A DNA stretch of 64,000 nt, taken from positions 32,001-96,000 of the forward strand of contig JBEKTQ010000010.1 in assembly GCA_049515895.1 (NCBI GenBank), read 5' to 3'. This DNA is from Candidatus Bathyarchaeia archaeon (GTDB lineage Archaea; Thermoproteota; Bathyarchaeia; Bathyarchaeales; Bathycorpusculaceae). Position numbers and translations under genes: made by a program. The notes beneath the pieces were generated by a model. The model saw nothing but the letters and a program-made list of their open reading frames with translations. It searched no databases and was not told the origin of the DNA. Shown here piece by piece: positions 29,763 through 39,299 of this stretch (position 1 is the stretch's first letter; every line of letters starts with the position of its first letter).

Positions 29763-31514
29763 TTATTTGTGAGCGTAATAAGCGACCATCTTCTGGTTTA
29801 CTTGGTCCACTCGGGTGAATCCGAAACGTTCAAACTGTATGATGGCGTCTGGCTTTAACTTTTTGCAGGCACTCTCCGCATACCCATCGATGACTGAAGC
29901 GTCAGGCATGACAATTTGGCATGGGAATTCTTCGCCTTTGGGAATCCATTGGATAAGCTGAACCTTGATTTTTCTCACGTCGTCGTATGACTCGCTAGCG
30001 AACGATGCCGTCGCGGTGTTGGCTGTTTTGGCTCCGTCTTTGACGTTGAAAAGCTCCATGAGCCTTACTATCTTGCCCGGCTCAAAAACTTCCGCGTCTT
30101 TCTTTGAAATCCAGAATCCCGTTGCTTGCTCCTCGCCTTCGGGAGCCACGGCGTATTCTCTGAATCCGCGTTCAGGCTTCTCGGGGTGTAAAGGGAGTTT
30201 GGCGTGGAAGGTTTTCGGCACGTTTAAAACTTTAAGCTCAAATGGTTCAGCGACGAAGAAGTATCTGTTGCTTGACGCGTCAAGAATTTTGCGGTTGTAA
30301 GAGAACAGGTTCTCCCAGCTTAGGGTGACATCGTTGGGTTTTGTCCCGACATCTACTATCATTTTTTTAATAGCTTCCGGCGTGATGCCTCGTTTCCTCA
30401 AAGCTGCGAAGGTTCCAAGTCTAGGGTCGTCGTAGCCTATGTAGGTGCAGTCTTTCACTCCTTGAACGATTTTTGACTTGCTCAGAAAAGCCCCTGTGAT
30501 TTTTAGTCTACCATAATGTATCGCTTCAGGGTATATCCAGCCCAGGTGATGATACATGTATTTTTGGCGAACCATGTTCGTGTAGTGTTCTTTGCCTCGT
30601 ATGATGTGTGTCATACCCATCAAGTGGTCGTCTAAGCCTGCTGCCAAATTGTAGAGGGGCCATACGATGTATTTGCTTCCCACTCTCGGATGAGGATACT
30701 TTTTCGTATCAATAACCCTCAGGGCTGGCCAGTCTCTAACGGCTGGGTTCGGATGCTCCACGTCAGTTTTCACTCGAACCACCGCTTGCCCTTCCAAGTA
30801 ACCACCGCTTAACATGCGTTTCCAGAGCTCCAGCTGCTCTTTTGCCGGAAGGTTTCGACACGGGCAGGCTTGTTTTGCTAACGTTTTCTTGCGGAACTCT
30901 TCAGGCGGGCACTCGCAGACGTAGGCATTGCTGTCCCCGATAAGCCGCTCCGTATATTCGTAGTAGATTGGGAGTCTGTCACTTTGGATATATTCTTCGT
31001 CGACTTTGCAGCCGAGCCACTTCAAATCTTGCCTGATGCTGTCGTAGAAAATGAGTGATGGCCTCTTCACTTTTGGGTCTGTATCCTCGAAGCGTAGGAT
31101 GAATTTGCCGTTGTACATGCGGGCGTATTCGTGGCTTAGTAGGATGGCTCTTGCAGAGCCCAAATGTAGGACGCAGTCAGGGTTAGGGGAGAAACGGGTC
31201 ACCATCAAAGGATACTTGTCGGCGTTAGGCAACGGGGGAAGGCGTTTTTCCTCAGCTTTCTCTTTCTTTTGGGTTTCAGGCCAATTTTTCTCAACAATTG
31301 CCTTCTGCTCCGCGAAAGAGAGGCTGTTGACTTCATTCACTACCGCGTTTATTATGCCTGAAAGTTCTCTCGCTTTTGGCCGAAGGTCCGCTCTTTCGCC
31401 GAGAATTCTGCCTACTAAGGCGCCTGCCTGGGCTTTGCCGTCGTGGGAAACAGCGTTCAACAAGGCGGCTTTCTGAATTAAGTCTTTTAGTTCGTTATCA
31501 TTTTCTATTGCCAA
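29763..31514 (-). CDS. gltX: Glutamyl-tRNA synthetase
   Basis: RFSPNPD..LHLGS, LRFEDTDP, THIIRGKEH, LSKS, QFERFGF. Confidence 0.96.
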   Translation of the reverse strand: MAIENDNELKDLIQKAALLNAVSHDGKAQAGALVGRILGERADLRPKARELSGIINAVVNEVNSLSFAEQKAIVEKNWPETQKKEKAEEKRLPPLPNADKYPLMVTRFSPNPDCVLHLGSARAILLSHEYARMYNGKFILRFEDTDPKVKRPSLIFYDSIRQDLKWLGCKVDEEYIQSDRLPIYYEYTERLIGDSNAYVCECPPEEFRKKTLAKQACPCRNLPAKEQLELWKRMLSGGYLEGQAVVRVKTDVEHPNPAVRDWPALRVIDTKKYPHPRVGSKYIVWPLYNLAAGLDDHLMGMTHIIRGKEHYTNMVRQKYMYHHLGWIYPEAIHYGRLKITGAFLSKSKIVQGVKDCTYIGYDDPRLGTFAALRKRGITPEAIKKMIVDVGTKPNDVTLSWENLFSYNRKILDASSNRYFFVAEPFELKVLNVPKTFHAKLPLHPEKPERGFREYAVAPEGEEQATGFWISKKDAEVFEPGKIVRLMELFNVKDGAKTANTATASFASESYDDVRKIKVQLIQWIPKGEEFPCQIVMPDASVIDGYAESACKKLKPDAIIQFERFGFTRVDQVNQKMVAYYAHK

Positions 31515-31532
31515 ACCATTTACACTCGCAAA

Positions 31533-32603
31533 CTACTTGTTTCTCTTAATCAAGAATTCAGCGAACGCCCTTAATTTTTCCTTAGCTTGGAGCGTAGGCA
31601 ACAGCTTTTCAGTTTCAACCCAGCTTTCCTCTACCATTCGTTCCGCTGTTTGTCTGACGTGTTCTATGGCCCCGTACTTCTGCATTAAAGCGATTGCCTC
31701 GTCTCGCAACGCCTGTTCGGTGGTATGCATGTTAAGGATCTGGATGAGCCGCTTCCTGTCGGTATTGTTAGCCTTTCCAAGCGTGTTAATAACCATTAAG
31801 CTGCGTTTGCCCTCGGTAATATCTTGCCCGACGCCGCCTTTTTTCTTAGCGAAGTCTACACCAGTTAAATCTAAAATGTCATCTTGCATTTGGAACGCTA
31901 CTCCAATGCTTTCTGCTAGACGCCCGAGCTTTTCTACCAGGGGCTTGTTTGCTCCTGCCAGCACAGCAGCCATTTTCGCGGCCATCCGTGCAAGGGTGCC
32001 TGTTTTGTAAGCGCACATCTGCAGATAATCTTCTTCGCGCAGTTGGTCGGCGTTGGCAATGCCTCTGTGCCATGCTATGTCCATGGCTTGTCCCAAACTT
32101 AGGTTAATCATTTCCTGAACGTAAACCTCGTAAATGTCCCGCTGAGTCTCGGGCGCAAGATTTTTGTTTTGTGTCATCAGCGGCAGAAGGGGTAGGTAAT
32201 ACATGGCGTTACCAGCGTTGACCGCGATGTCCATCTGGAAGATTTTGTAGGTGCATGGTTTGCCCCGACGAAGCTCTGATGCGTCCTCGATGTCGTCAAC
32301 CACCAGTGTCCCATTGTGGATGACCTCTGGAATAATGGAGAAGTCAAGGCAACAATCCGAGTCATTTCCCAACGCTTCGCAAATAAGCAAGAAGAAGGCT
32401 GGGCGCCACCTTTTTCCGCCTCGGTCCAGCATATCCCAAATCGGGTCTGCGATCGCTTTGTTGAGTGACTGCAGGTTGTAACTGTACATCGGCGGGTCAA
32501 CCTTGAAAAGAATGGCATCTTTAGTGAATTTTCTTGGAATGTATTTTTCGATGGCTTTGTCGATTAGGGGTGCCTTTTCTTCAAGAAACTTTTCAATACT
32601 CAA
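31533..32603 (-). CDS. idsA: Geranylgeranyl diphosphate synthase (polyprenyl synthase)
   Basis: GGKRWRP, VVDDIED, RRGKP, GQAMD, KTGTL, FQMQDDILD. Confidence 0.92.
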   Translation of the reverse strand: MSIEKFLEEKAPLIDKAIEKYIPRKFTKDAILFKVDPPMYSYNLQSLNKAIADPIWDMLDRGGKRWRPAFFLLICEALGNDSDCCLDFSIIPEVIHNGTLVVDDIEDASELRRGKPCTYKIFQMDIAVNAGNAMYYLPLLPLMTQNKNLAPETQRDIYEVYVQEMINLSLGQAMDIAWHRGIANADQLREEDYLQMCAYKTGTLARMAAKMAAVLAGANKPLVEKLGRLAESIGVAFQMQDDILDLTGVDFAKKKGGVGQDITEGKRSLMVINTLGKANNTDRKRLIQILNMHTTEQALRDEAIALMQKYGAIEHVRQTAERMVEESWVETEKLLPTLQAKEKLRAFAEFLIKRNK

Positions 32604-33693
32604 AAGTCGCGGTTCTCCTCAGAGAGTAATTTGCAGTGTCGAAGCCTCGAATATTCAGCCATTCCGCAGTCTTTCCCGTTACCGCCACAGGCACTTTTGC
32701 GAGGGATTCAAGGTTTTGAGCGCCAACAAGAAACATAACGTTGCGCAGTTCATTGATTAAGCCGGAAAGCAGCTCTTTAGTTTCCGCGGCTCCTTTAACG
32801 GCAACTTTCAAAACAGGCTGAGATAAGCTTGCTAAACTTGCATTTAATGCTAAAGACTTCGCTGCGTCTAAGCCGTTTCGTACCCCGCCTGAAGCGACCA
32901 CTGGAATCTTTACGGTTTGAGTTGTTTCAATCAGGCTTACAGCAGTTGGGAGTCCCCAATCCCAGAATTCTTCCTTGGCGATTCTCTCGTTTGCTGAACG
33001 GTAAAATTCAACTGCTGCGAAACTTGTACCGCCTACACCAGCGACATCGATGGCTTTAACGCCTGCAGATTCCAACGCTTTTGCATCTTCCGCAGAAATG
33101 CCGCAGCCAGTCTCTTTGACGATTACGGGTACGCCTAGTTCAGCAGCGATTTCAGCGATTTTTGTCAAGACACCTTTGAAATTGGTTTGTCCCTCAGGTT
33201 GGATTGCTTCCTGCAGCGGGTTCATATGGATTGCCAATGCATCCGCTTCAATCATTTCCACGGCTTTCTTTGCTTCTTTTAAGCCGTACCCGTGTGCAAG
33301 TTGGACTCCGCCAATGTTGGCGATTAAGAAGGCAGTTGGCGCTTTTTTGCGTGCTACAGCGTAGGTGCCTTCGAGTTTTTCATTTTCTATGGCTGCTCTT
33401 TGGCTTCCAACGCCCATGCCTAAATGTAACTCTTCGACGGCTTGAGCGATTGAAGCGTTAATTTTTGTGGCTTCTCTTGTTCCTCCCGTCATGGCTCCGA
33501 CGATTAGTGGAGCTGACAGCTTCTTACTGAAAAAAGAGGTGGATAGACTGATTTTTTCGCGGTCAAGTTCTGGAAGGGCGCGGTGGATGAGCTGGATGTC
33601 TTCGAAGCCTGAGGTGGCTTTTTTAGCTTGGGCTTTTTGTTCTAAGCAAATCCTTATGTGGTCTGCTTTGCGTTTCTCCGTTTCTTTAACCAT
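32593..33693 (-). CDS. fni: Type 2 isopentenyl-diphosphate isomerase
   Basis: RKADHI, AMTGG, GVGSQRAA, HMNPLQEAIQPEG, VKETGCG, GGTSF. Confidence 0.96.
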   Translation of the reverse strand: MVKETEKRKADHIRICLEQKAQAKKATSGFEDIQLIHRALPELDREKISLSTSFFSKKLSAPLIVGAMTGGTREATKINASIAQAVEELHLGMGVGSQRAAIENEKLEGTYAVARKKAPTAFLIANIGGVQLAHGYGLKEAKKAVEMIEADALAIHMNPLQEAIQPEGQTNFKGVLTKIAEIAAELGVPVIVKETGCGISAEDAKALESAGVKAIDVAGVGGTSFAAVEFYRSANERIAKEEFWDWGLPTAVSLIETTQTVKIPVVASGGVRNGLDAAKSLALNASLASLSQPVLKVAVKGAAETKELLSGLINELRNVMFLVGAQNLESLAKVPVAVTGKTAEWLNIRGFDTANYSLRRTATFEY

Positions 33694-33697
33694 ACTG

Positions 33698-34498
33698 CTA
33701 CTTCTCGATTTCTGTGCCTAAAACACTTTGGTCTGTTAAGGCTCTGTAAATAGATAGTCCCTTAGTGGCTCCCGTAACTGTAACACGAATTCCCTGTTCA
33801 ATAGCTGGGATAAGCTCTGATATTTTGCCAGCCATGCCGCCTGTAACGTCTGCGCCCTCCGCTTTGCCGAGTTTAGGCTGGATCTGCTTAAGCTCTGCGA
33901 GCGTTAGATGTTTGTACGGCTTGGCGTTCGGGTTTGTTTTTGGGTCGCAATCAAACAAACCGTCGGTGTCAACGCCTACCACGATTTTTGAAGCCTTATA
34001 CTTGATTGCTAAATAAGAGACTAGTTGGTCGCCAGAGAGAATTGTGAAGCCTAACGTATCATCTAAAACTGCATCACCATACAGAACAGGCTTAAACAAC
34101 ATTTTCTCTATTACTTTTAGCACGGTTTCGTCAAAAAACCTAATCTTGCCGTTGTCAGTTAAGATGCAGGATGATGGGGCTATGCTTATGGCTGGAATTT
34201 CATGCCAAATAAGTGCGTCCATAACTAAACCATTCAAAACAGTCATAACATGATGGGTTTCGGCGAACCCCAGTTTTTGTGCCGGGTCATCTTTATAGCC
34301 GTCTTTTATGCCGTACTTCGCTGCTGTTGGGTGCCCAAAACTGCCGCCGCCATGAACGATGATTAGGTTATCAAGATCTGCCCGCTTAATTTCCTCAGCT
34401 AAGCGGTTTATAACCTCTGTCTTCGCGGCTAATTCTCCTGTTTTGTCTGTGATTGCTGAGCCGCCGATTTTTAATATTACAGGTTTCGTCTCGTTCAA
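33698..34498 (-). CDS. ipk: Isopentenyl phosphate kinase
   Basis: LKIGGSAITDK, VHGGGSFGH, ILSGD, DVTGGMAGK. Confidence 0.93.
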   Translation of the reverse strand: MNETKPVILKIGGSAITDKTGELAAKTEVINRLAEEIKRADLDNLIIVHGGGSFGHPTAAKYGIKDGYKDDPAQKLGFAETHHVMTVLNGLVMDALIWHEIPAISIAPSSCILTDNGKIRFFDETVLKVIEKMLFKPVLYGDAVLDDTLGFTILSGDQLVSYLAIKYKASKIVVGVDTDGLFDCDPKTNPNAKPYKHLTLAELKQIQPKLGKAEGADVTGGMAGKISELIPAIEQGIRVTVTGATKGLSIYRALTDQSVLGTEIEK

Positions 34499-34638
34499 TT
34501 ATCATCTACCTTTACATGAAGTATTTAATCTCTCATTGAAAAGGATTACCGAGAACAAAAAAAGACATCACTCCATTGGCGGCGAAAAAGGGCAGCTTTA
34601 GATTTGAGCCTGGCCTTAGAGGGAAAAAACTGAACTGT

Positions 34639-36168
34639 TTACTTTTTAGTTCTAGATTTCGAAATGAATCTTTTCGCAGCGTAACCCAAAATTACAATCA
34701 TCCATACTAGGACTAGTGCGATTGCAGTGGCGGTTGCTATCAAATTCAGGTTTATTATGTTGCCTACTTGGTAAGCGAATGTTTTAGAATATTGATCTGG
34801 CGTTGGCGTCGGAGTTGTTTGAGGTGTATCAATTGGTGTTGGGTTAGGCGTCTGCTTTGTCGGAATAGGCGTAACCGTGGGTGTGTAGCTTGGGATGGCT
34901 GGGGCTGACGAGCTCGGTTGAGTCAAGAATGGAACAAACGTGATGGTTCCGAGGTGATGATCGATCTTTGAGTCGTAGATTGTTTGGTTGATCGTTGTTG
35001 TGTCGGTTATTCCCCACCAGTTGTTTTGTGCATCGATATTTGCGGTGGTTGAGGTTATGCTGTTTTGGGTGTTGGCGACGATGTTGTTGTTGCCGATGAC
35101 TCCTGTCGTGGGGTTGTGTATTCCTATTTGGTTGTTTGTGATTGTGTTGGAACTTATGCTTCCGCCTCCGTTTATTCCGTAGCGTGAATTGCCGTCAATC
35201 AGATTGCCAGTAATTGTCACTTGTGCTCCAGTGTCGATGTCTATTCCGTCCGTTCCTGTCAGGAAGGAGTTGCCTTGGACAGTTAATATGCTTCTGGCTT
35301 GAGCGCTGATTCCCATGAAGCAGCTTGAAAAAGTGTTGTTTGAAACGGTGAAGGCTGAGGCAGACGAATCATCGATGCCCGTTAAATATCCGTTGCCGTT
35401 GAACTGATTGCTTATTATTTGAGCGCTTCCTGAAGTTACTTTTATGCCGTCGCTGTTGTTGCCGTACTGAGCGCCGAAAGTGTTGCTTGTTATAACTGGG
35501 ACTCCCGAGGTCACTGCTATGCCCACGTTGCTTGAGCCAGAGGAGGATCCCTCAAACTGGTTGTTGGTTATCAGCGGAGTTCCGCCGGATACGCTTATGG
35601 CGGTGAGGCTGTAGCCGGAACTTTGGACATTGTAATTTATGATGTTGTTGGAGATTTGAGGTGAACCGCCGTTGACGCTTAGGGGCGAGTTAAACGGTGT
35701 GGCATAATTAAAAACGCATGTATCGATTTCAGGCGATGAGCCTTCTACGTTTACGCTTACTGAGTTTAAGACAGCGTTTTGGATAATTGACCCCGAGTTG
35801 ATTGCGGCATTCCAAGGCGTACTTCCTGGACTAATAAATATCGGTTCGCTTGGAGTGATTTGTGAAGTTTGGTTGGCGTTGGATTCAAAAATGATTTGGT
35901 TGTCTGCTTGGCCTTGGGCCGTCAGCGCTCCATAAATGAATAAATAGTACCTTTCCAAGTTGACCGTTACTCCAGGGTCAATCGTAAGAGTTGCGTTACT
36001 GCCTACTGTTACTGTTCCGTTAAAATTTATTGGGCTCTGTGCCACTGTCCATTCCGTATTGGATGTTATTGTTACGCTCCCGGGGATTTGTGCGTGAGCG
36101 TTTGCAACAATGAACAGCCCGCTGAAAAGAATTGTCACAATTAAGAGGATGCAGGCGACGCGCTTCAT
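34639..36168 (-). CDS. Secreted, membrane-anchored right-handed beta-helix (CASH/NosD-like) protein
   Basis: Signal peptide, repeated I.NN.F/I turns, NNWWG motif, Pro/Thr linker, C-terminal TM helix and basic tail. Confidence 0.82.
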   Translation of the reverse strand: MKRVACILLIVTILFSGLFIVANAHAQIPGSVTITSNTEWTVAQSPINFNGTVTVGSNATLTIDPGVTVNLERYYLFIYGALTAQGQADNQIIFESNANQTSQITPSEPIFISPGSTPWNAAINSGSIIQNAVLNSVSVNVEGSSPEIDTCVFNYATPFNSPLSVNGGSPQISNNIINYNVQSSGYSLTAISVSGGTPLITNNQFEGSSSGSSNVGIAVTSGVPVITSNTFGAQYGNNSDGIKVTSGSAQIISNQFNGNGYLTGIDDSSASAFTVSNNTFSSCFMGISAQARSILTVQGNSFLTGTDGIDIDTGAQVTITGNLIDGNSRYGINGGGSISSNTITNNQIGIHNPTTGVIGNNNIVANTQNSITSTTANIDAQNNWWGITDTTTINQTIYDSKIDHHLGTITFVPFLTQPSSSAPAIPSYTPTVTPIPTKQTPNPTPIDTPQTTPTPTPDQYSKTFAYQVGNIINLNLIATATAIALVLVWMIVILGYAAKRFISKSRTKK

Positions 36169-36274
36169 GCTGACACTGCTTGGTCTATTAGGCTCTTAAA
36201 ATATAAATTACTTTGCATGGAACCAACACATGTTTCATCAAACCTTAAAAAGGCAACGGTATACATGGTAAGCT

Positions 36275-37204
36275 ATGGGGAAGCTTGCTTCGAACCTAGT
36301 TCAAGGGTTAGCCAGGTTTACGAACAAGAGCTTAGTAAAAAACCTCATTGTAATTACGCTATGTGTCATGTTCTTCTTTATCCAGTTATTCTACCCCTAC
36401 AACTATTACGCTTCAGGTCCGAGAAACTCACATTCTGCCTTCCAAGTCGGCATACACTACGTTTACGAGCAGGATAACCTGACTGATATTTATGGTCAGG
36501 TTACGCAGATCTATGATTTAGGCTTCAAAGTCATACGGGTAAATTTTGAGTGCGACCCTCAGTTCCTTACTGATCCGATAAATCAGAAGACAGACATGTT
36601 TTTCTCAGCTACAAGCCATTACGGATTAGCTGTGGCTCTTGTTATACCGAACGATGAACCCACTGAAAGCATTAACTTTTACCTTAACCACTGGGGCGGC
36701 AACTTAACCTATGTTCAAATCATGAATGAACCTGAAACATCTTCCAGCTGGGACGTCGGTGCCCTTTTCACAGATGACGAAATACTCTCGACGTTTAACA
36801 ACATTTACACAACCATTGATTCCCATCATCTTTCAGCGCAGCTATACACTAACTTCGGAATCGGATACGTCTTGAGAACCAATGTTCCAGTTGAGTTCAG
36901 CCAAAAGCTCAATTTCGTAGGGTTAGACGTCTACATGAATTCATTCCTAGTTTTGTCTCCCCTTTTCATCCAAAATCTACATGAAATTACCCACAAAGAC
37001 GTGGTGATAACTGAGTTTGGAATGTCGACGGCTGACAGCGCTGCCCAAACCAGCTACATCATCAACGGGCTCAACCTTTTCAAAAGCATGGGGCTCAAAG
37101 GATGCTGGATCGTGTATTGGAACAGTGCATATGACAACTACGGGATTCGGGGAACCCCAACAGAAACAGCTGTAGGTGACTGGATTGCAAAAAACGCAAA
37201 GTGA
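36275..37204 (+). CDS. Membrane-anchored clan GH-A-like glycoside hydrolase (TIM barrel)
   Basis: N-terminal TM; LGFKVIRV, QIMNEP (acid/base), GLDVY, VVITEFG (nucleophile). Confidence 0.7.
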   Translation: MGKLASNLVQGLARFTNKSLVKNLIVITLCVMFFFIQLFYPYNYYASGPRNSHSAFQVGIHYVYEQDNLTDIYGQVTQIYDLGFKVIRVNFECDPQFLTDPINQKTDMFFSATSHYGLAVALVIPNDEPTESINFYLNHWGGNLTYVQIMNEPETSSSWDVGALFTDDEILSTFNNIYTTIDSHHLSAQLYTNFGIGYVLRTNVPVEFSQKLNFVGLDVYMNSFLVLSPLFIQNLHEITHKDVVITEFGMSTADSAAQTSYIINGLNLFKSMGLKGCWIVYWNSAYDNYGIRGTPTETAVGDWIAKNAK

Positions 37205-37637
37205 AAACAGAATTCTCCATCACTTCAAAAATCTGCGGTTAGCTGAAAAACTGCTTATTCAAGGCTTAATAACAATCATTATTCTAATCGTAATACAAGC
37301 TTGGCTTTACGCTGCCCAGGACTCTTTTATGAACTACATGCCGCCAATAGGCTTCGCATTCCTTCTGGCCATAACCTACTTTGCGCAGCCACTGATACTC
37401 GGCGTCGTGAACATCACATTAATCAACCGCTTGCATAAAACCAAAGGTTGGCAAGTTGGCATCTGGCTCAACGGCCTTTTTCTTCTGCTCGCATTCTCAA
37501 CCCTCAATATTGTCTTACAAGTAACCTTCAACTTGCAGTTCCTGCCTGCCGTCGCAATAATCGACCTGCTGCTGTCTTTTCCATTCGGCTGCCTAGCACG
37601 TTTCAGCAACGGCGGATGGACAAAGCCAATAGACTGA
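37176..37637 (+). CDS. Hypothetical integral membrane protein (about 4 TM)
   Basis: Four hydrophobic segments; overlaps the GH-like gene. Confidence 0.65.
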   Translation: MTGLQKTQSENRILHHFKNLRLAEKLLIQGLITIIILIVIQAWLYAAQDSFMNYMPPIGFAFLLAITYFAQPLILGVVNITLINRLHKTKGWQVGIWLNGLFLLLAFSTLNIVLQVTFNLQFLPAVAIIDLLLSFPFGCLARFSNGGWTKPID

Positions 37638-37720
37638 GAAAATCGGCAAGACTGCTTCTTTTTGTAAAAAAATTCTTGACGCTGGAAAATGGGTTAATAC
37701 ATCAAAAATATGGGCACAAT

Positions 37721-38107
37721 CTATGATACGGTTATACTATCGCTTTCTATTTGGATTTTATCGCCTGTTTTGATTTTTGATAGGTCAATTTTGTCGACGC
37801 ATGGAATTTCGCTGATTATGACGCCGACCGCAACCACAGTTTCGCATTCCTTGTTAATCATGCCCGCGGGTGCGGTGCCGTTCTTTTTCATTCGGTACAA
37901 CGTGTAGGAGCCGACGGTTGAGCCTTTGCCGGTTGGAAACACGAGAATTTTATCTTTGACGCTTTGCCCTTGCAGTTCGTGCCCTTTCTCGATGATGATG
38001 CCGGTGGCTGGGTCAACTCCGCCGTAGAAAGAGATAGGCTGGCTAGTCACGAGCGCTTCGCCCTGTGCTTTGCCGTTATAGATTATTCTGCCTTTCAAAT
38101 GCTCCAT
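37721..38107 (-). CDS. Phosphomevalonate dehydratase small subunit (AcnX swivel domain, DUF126)
   Basis: ISFYGGVDP..G, HEL.GQSV, FPTGKGSTVGSY. Confidence 0.92.
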   Translation of the reverse strand: MEHLKGRIIYNGKAQGEALVTSQPISFYGGVDPATGIIIEKGHELQGQSVKDKILVFPTGKGSTVGSYTLYRMKKNGTAPAGMINKECETVVAVGVIISEIPCVDKIDLSKIKTGDKIQIESDSITVS

Positions 38108-39294
38108 TTCCCGGTCACCGCTGCCTGTACGCACTCTTCTATGCTGCCCATCTTGGTTTTCATTAGGTTCTGCCTCGAGTAGAAGCAGCCTTTCGCCGAG
38201 GTTGTCGCCAACGACTTAAACCTGCCTTTCAGCGGGGCAACAGCCATGCATGTATCACACGCGAATTTGGCACCAGACGCTTCGATGATTTGGGTGTAGC
38301 CGCGTTTATCTGCGAGTTGCTTTGCGGTTCGTGAAGTTGCAATCCAAAACTCCGTGCCTGCCTCCACTTTTTTGCCCTCGACCAGCTGGGCGACTTTGGC
38401 GATTTCGTTAATTGAACAGTGTGGGCAGCCAACGCAAACAAGTTCTATGTTGTTTACTTGGTCGTTGATGTTGTCGTAAGCGTTTTTGATGTCGGCTTGT
38501 TCAATCGTATCTGTTTCGTTCGGTACTGTTTGTTGTTCTGACGCTGGGGTTATGCCTTTAATGTAGAAGAGCGGTTTAGCGCCGTAAGTCACAACTGACG
38601 CGCAGAACGATTTGAGCTCGTCTAAGTCAGCAACCTTGATGCCAGTGATATATGGGATTTTGTTTTCCGCCTTCTTGCCTATCGCGTAGCCCAAGGCGCC
38701 CCAATCCGAAAGCTTCGTCAATTCCGCGTTCACCTGCACGTGGACATCGGGAACTCGGTTCCCATCCAAATGCAACCCGTAGCACGGCGTCTTGCCAATG
38801 AACGCTGCCGCCAATGCGGATGGTCCACCTTCCTTGTTCGTTTTGGCGCCAATCACCGAGTTCGCGAAGGTGACGGCGGAACTTTCCGACCACGCGATGT
38901 GTTCGCCGTAAAGAGGCAGGTTGCCGATCAAGTAGGGTGTGCATGTGCAGCTGACAAGTATTCCCATTTTCTCAAAGGCTTTTATGACGAGATTTTGTTT
39001 TTCAGCGAATTCTGGATTGATGCCAAGGTTGCGCCAGTTTTCCAAGTCCATGCCAGCAGGGTTGAGTGTTGTGAGAACTCGGACTTTGCCATCTTTTGCC
39101 AGTTCGTCGAGAAACTCCAACCCTGCGTCACCAAGGTTGTTGTATGATACGCCTGATACTTGGACGCTGCCTACGTTGATGAGGCTTTTTGCTCCGTAAA
39201 TGTCGCCCAGCGCAACCAGGATTTCCATGCTTTTCCGCACCGTGTAACCTTCAGCGCCGTCTAGCATTTTCTGCTCTTGCTTTGTTAACTGCAT
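38095..39294 (-). CDS. Phosphomevalonate dehydratase large subunit (aconitase X, DUF521)
   Basis: QVSGVSY, TTLNPAG, CTCTPY, AWSESSA...ANSVIGA, GCPHCS, DTCMAV. Confidence 0.92.
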   Translation of the reverse strand: MQLTKQEQKMLDGAEGYTVRKSMEILVALGDIYGAKSLINVGSVQVSGVSYNNLGDAGLEFLDELAKDGKVRVLTTLNPAGMDLENWRNLGINPEFAEKQNLVIKAFEKMGILVSCTCTPYLIGNLPLYGEHIAWSESSAVTFANSVIGAKTNKEGGPSALAAAFIGKTPCYGLHLDGNRVPDVHVQVNAELTKLSDWGALGYAIGKKAENKIPYITGIKVADLDELKSFCASVVTYGAKPLFYIKGITPASEQQTVPNETDTIEQADIKNAYDNINDQVNNIELVCVGCPHCSINEIAKVAQLVEGKKVEAGTEFWIATSRTAKQLADKRGYTQIIEASGAKFACDTCMAVAPLKGRFKSLATTSAKGCFYSRQNLMKTKMGSIEECVQAAVTGKWSI

Positions 39295-39299
39295 GTCTA

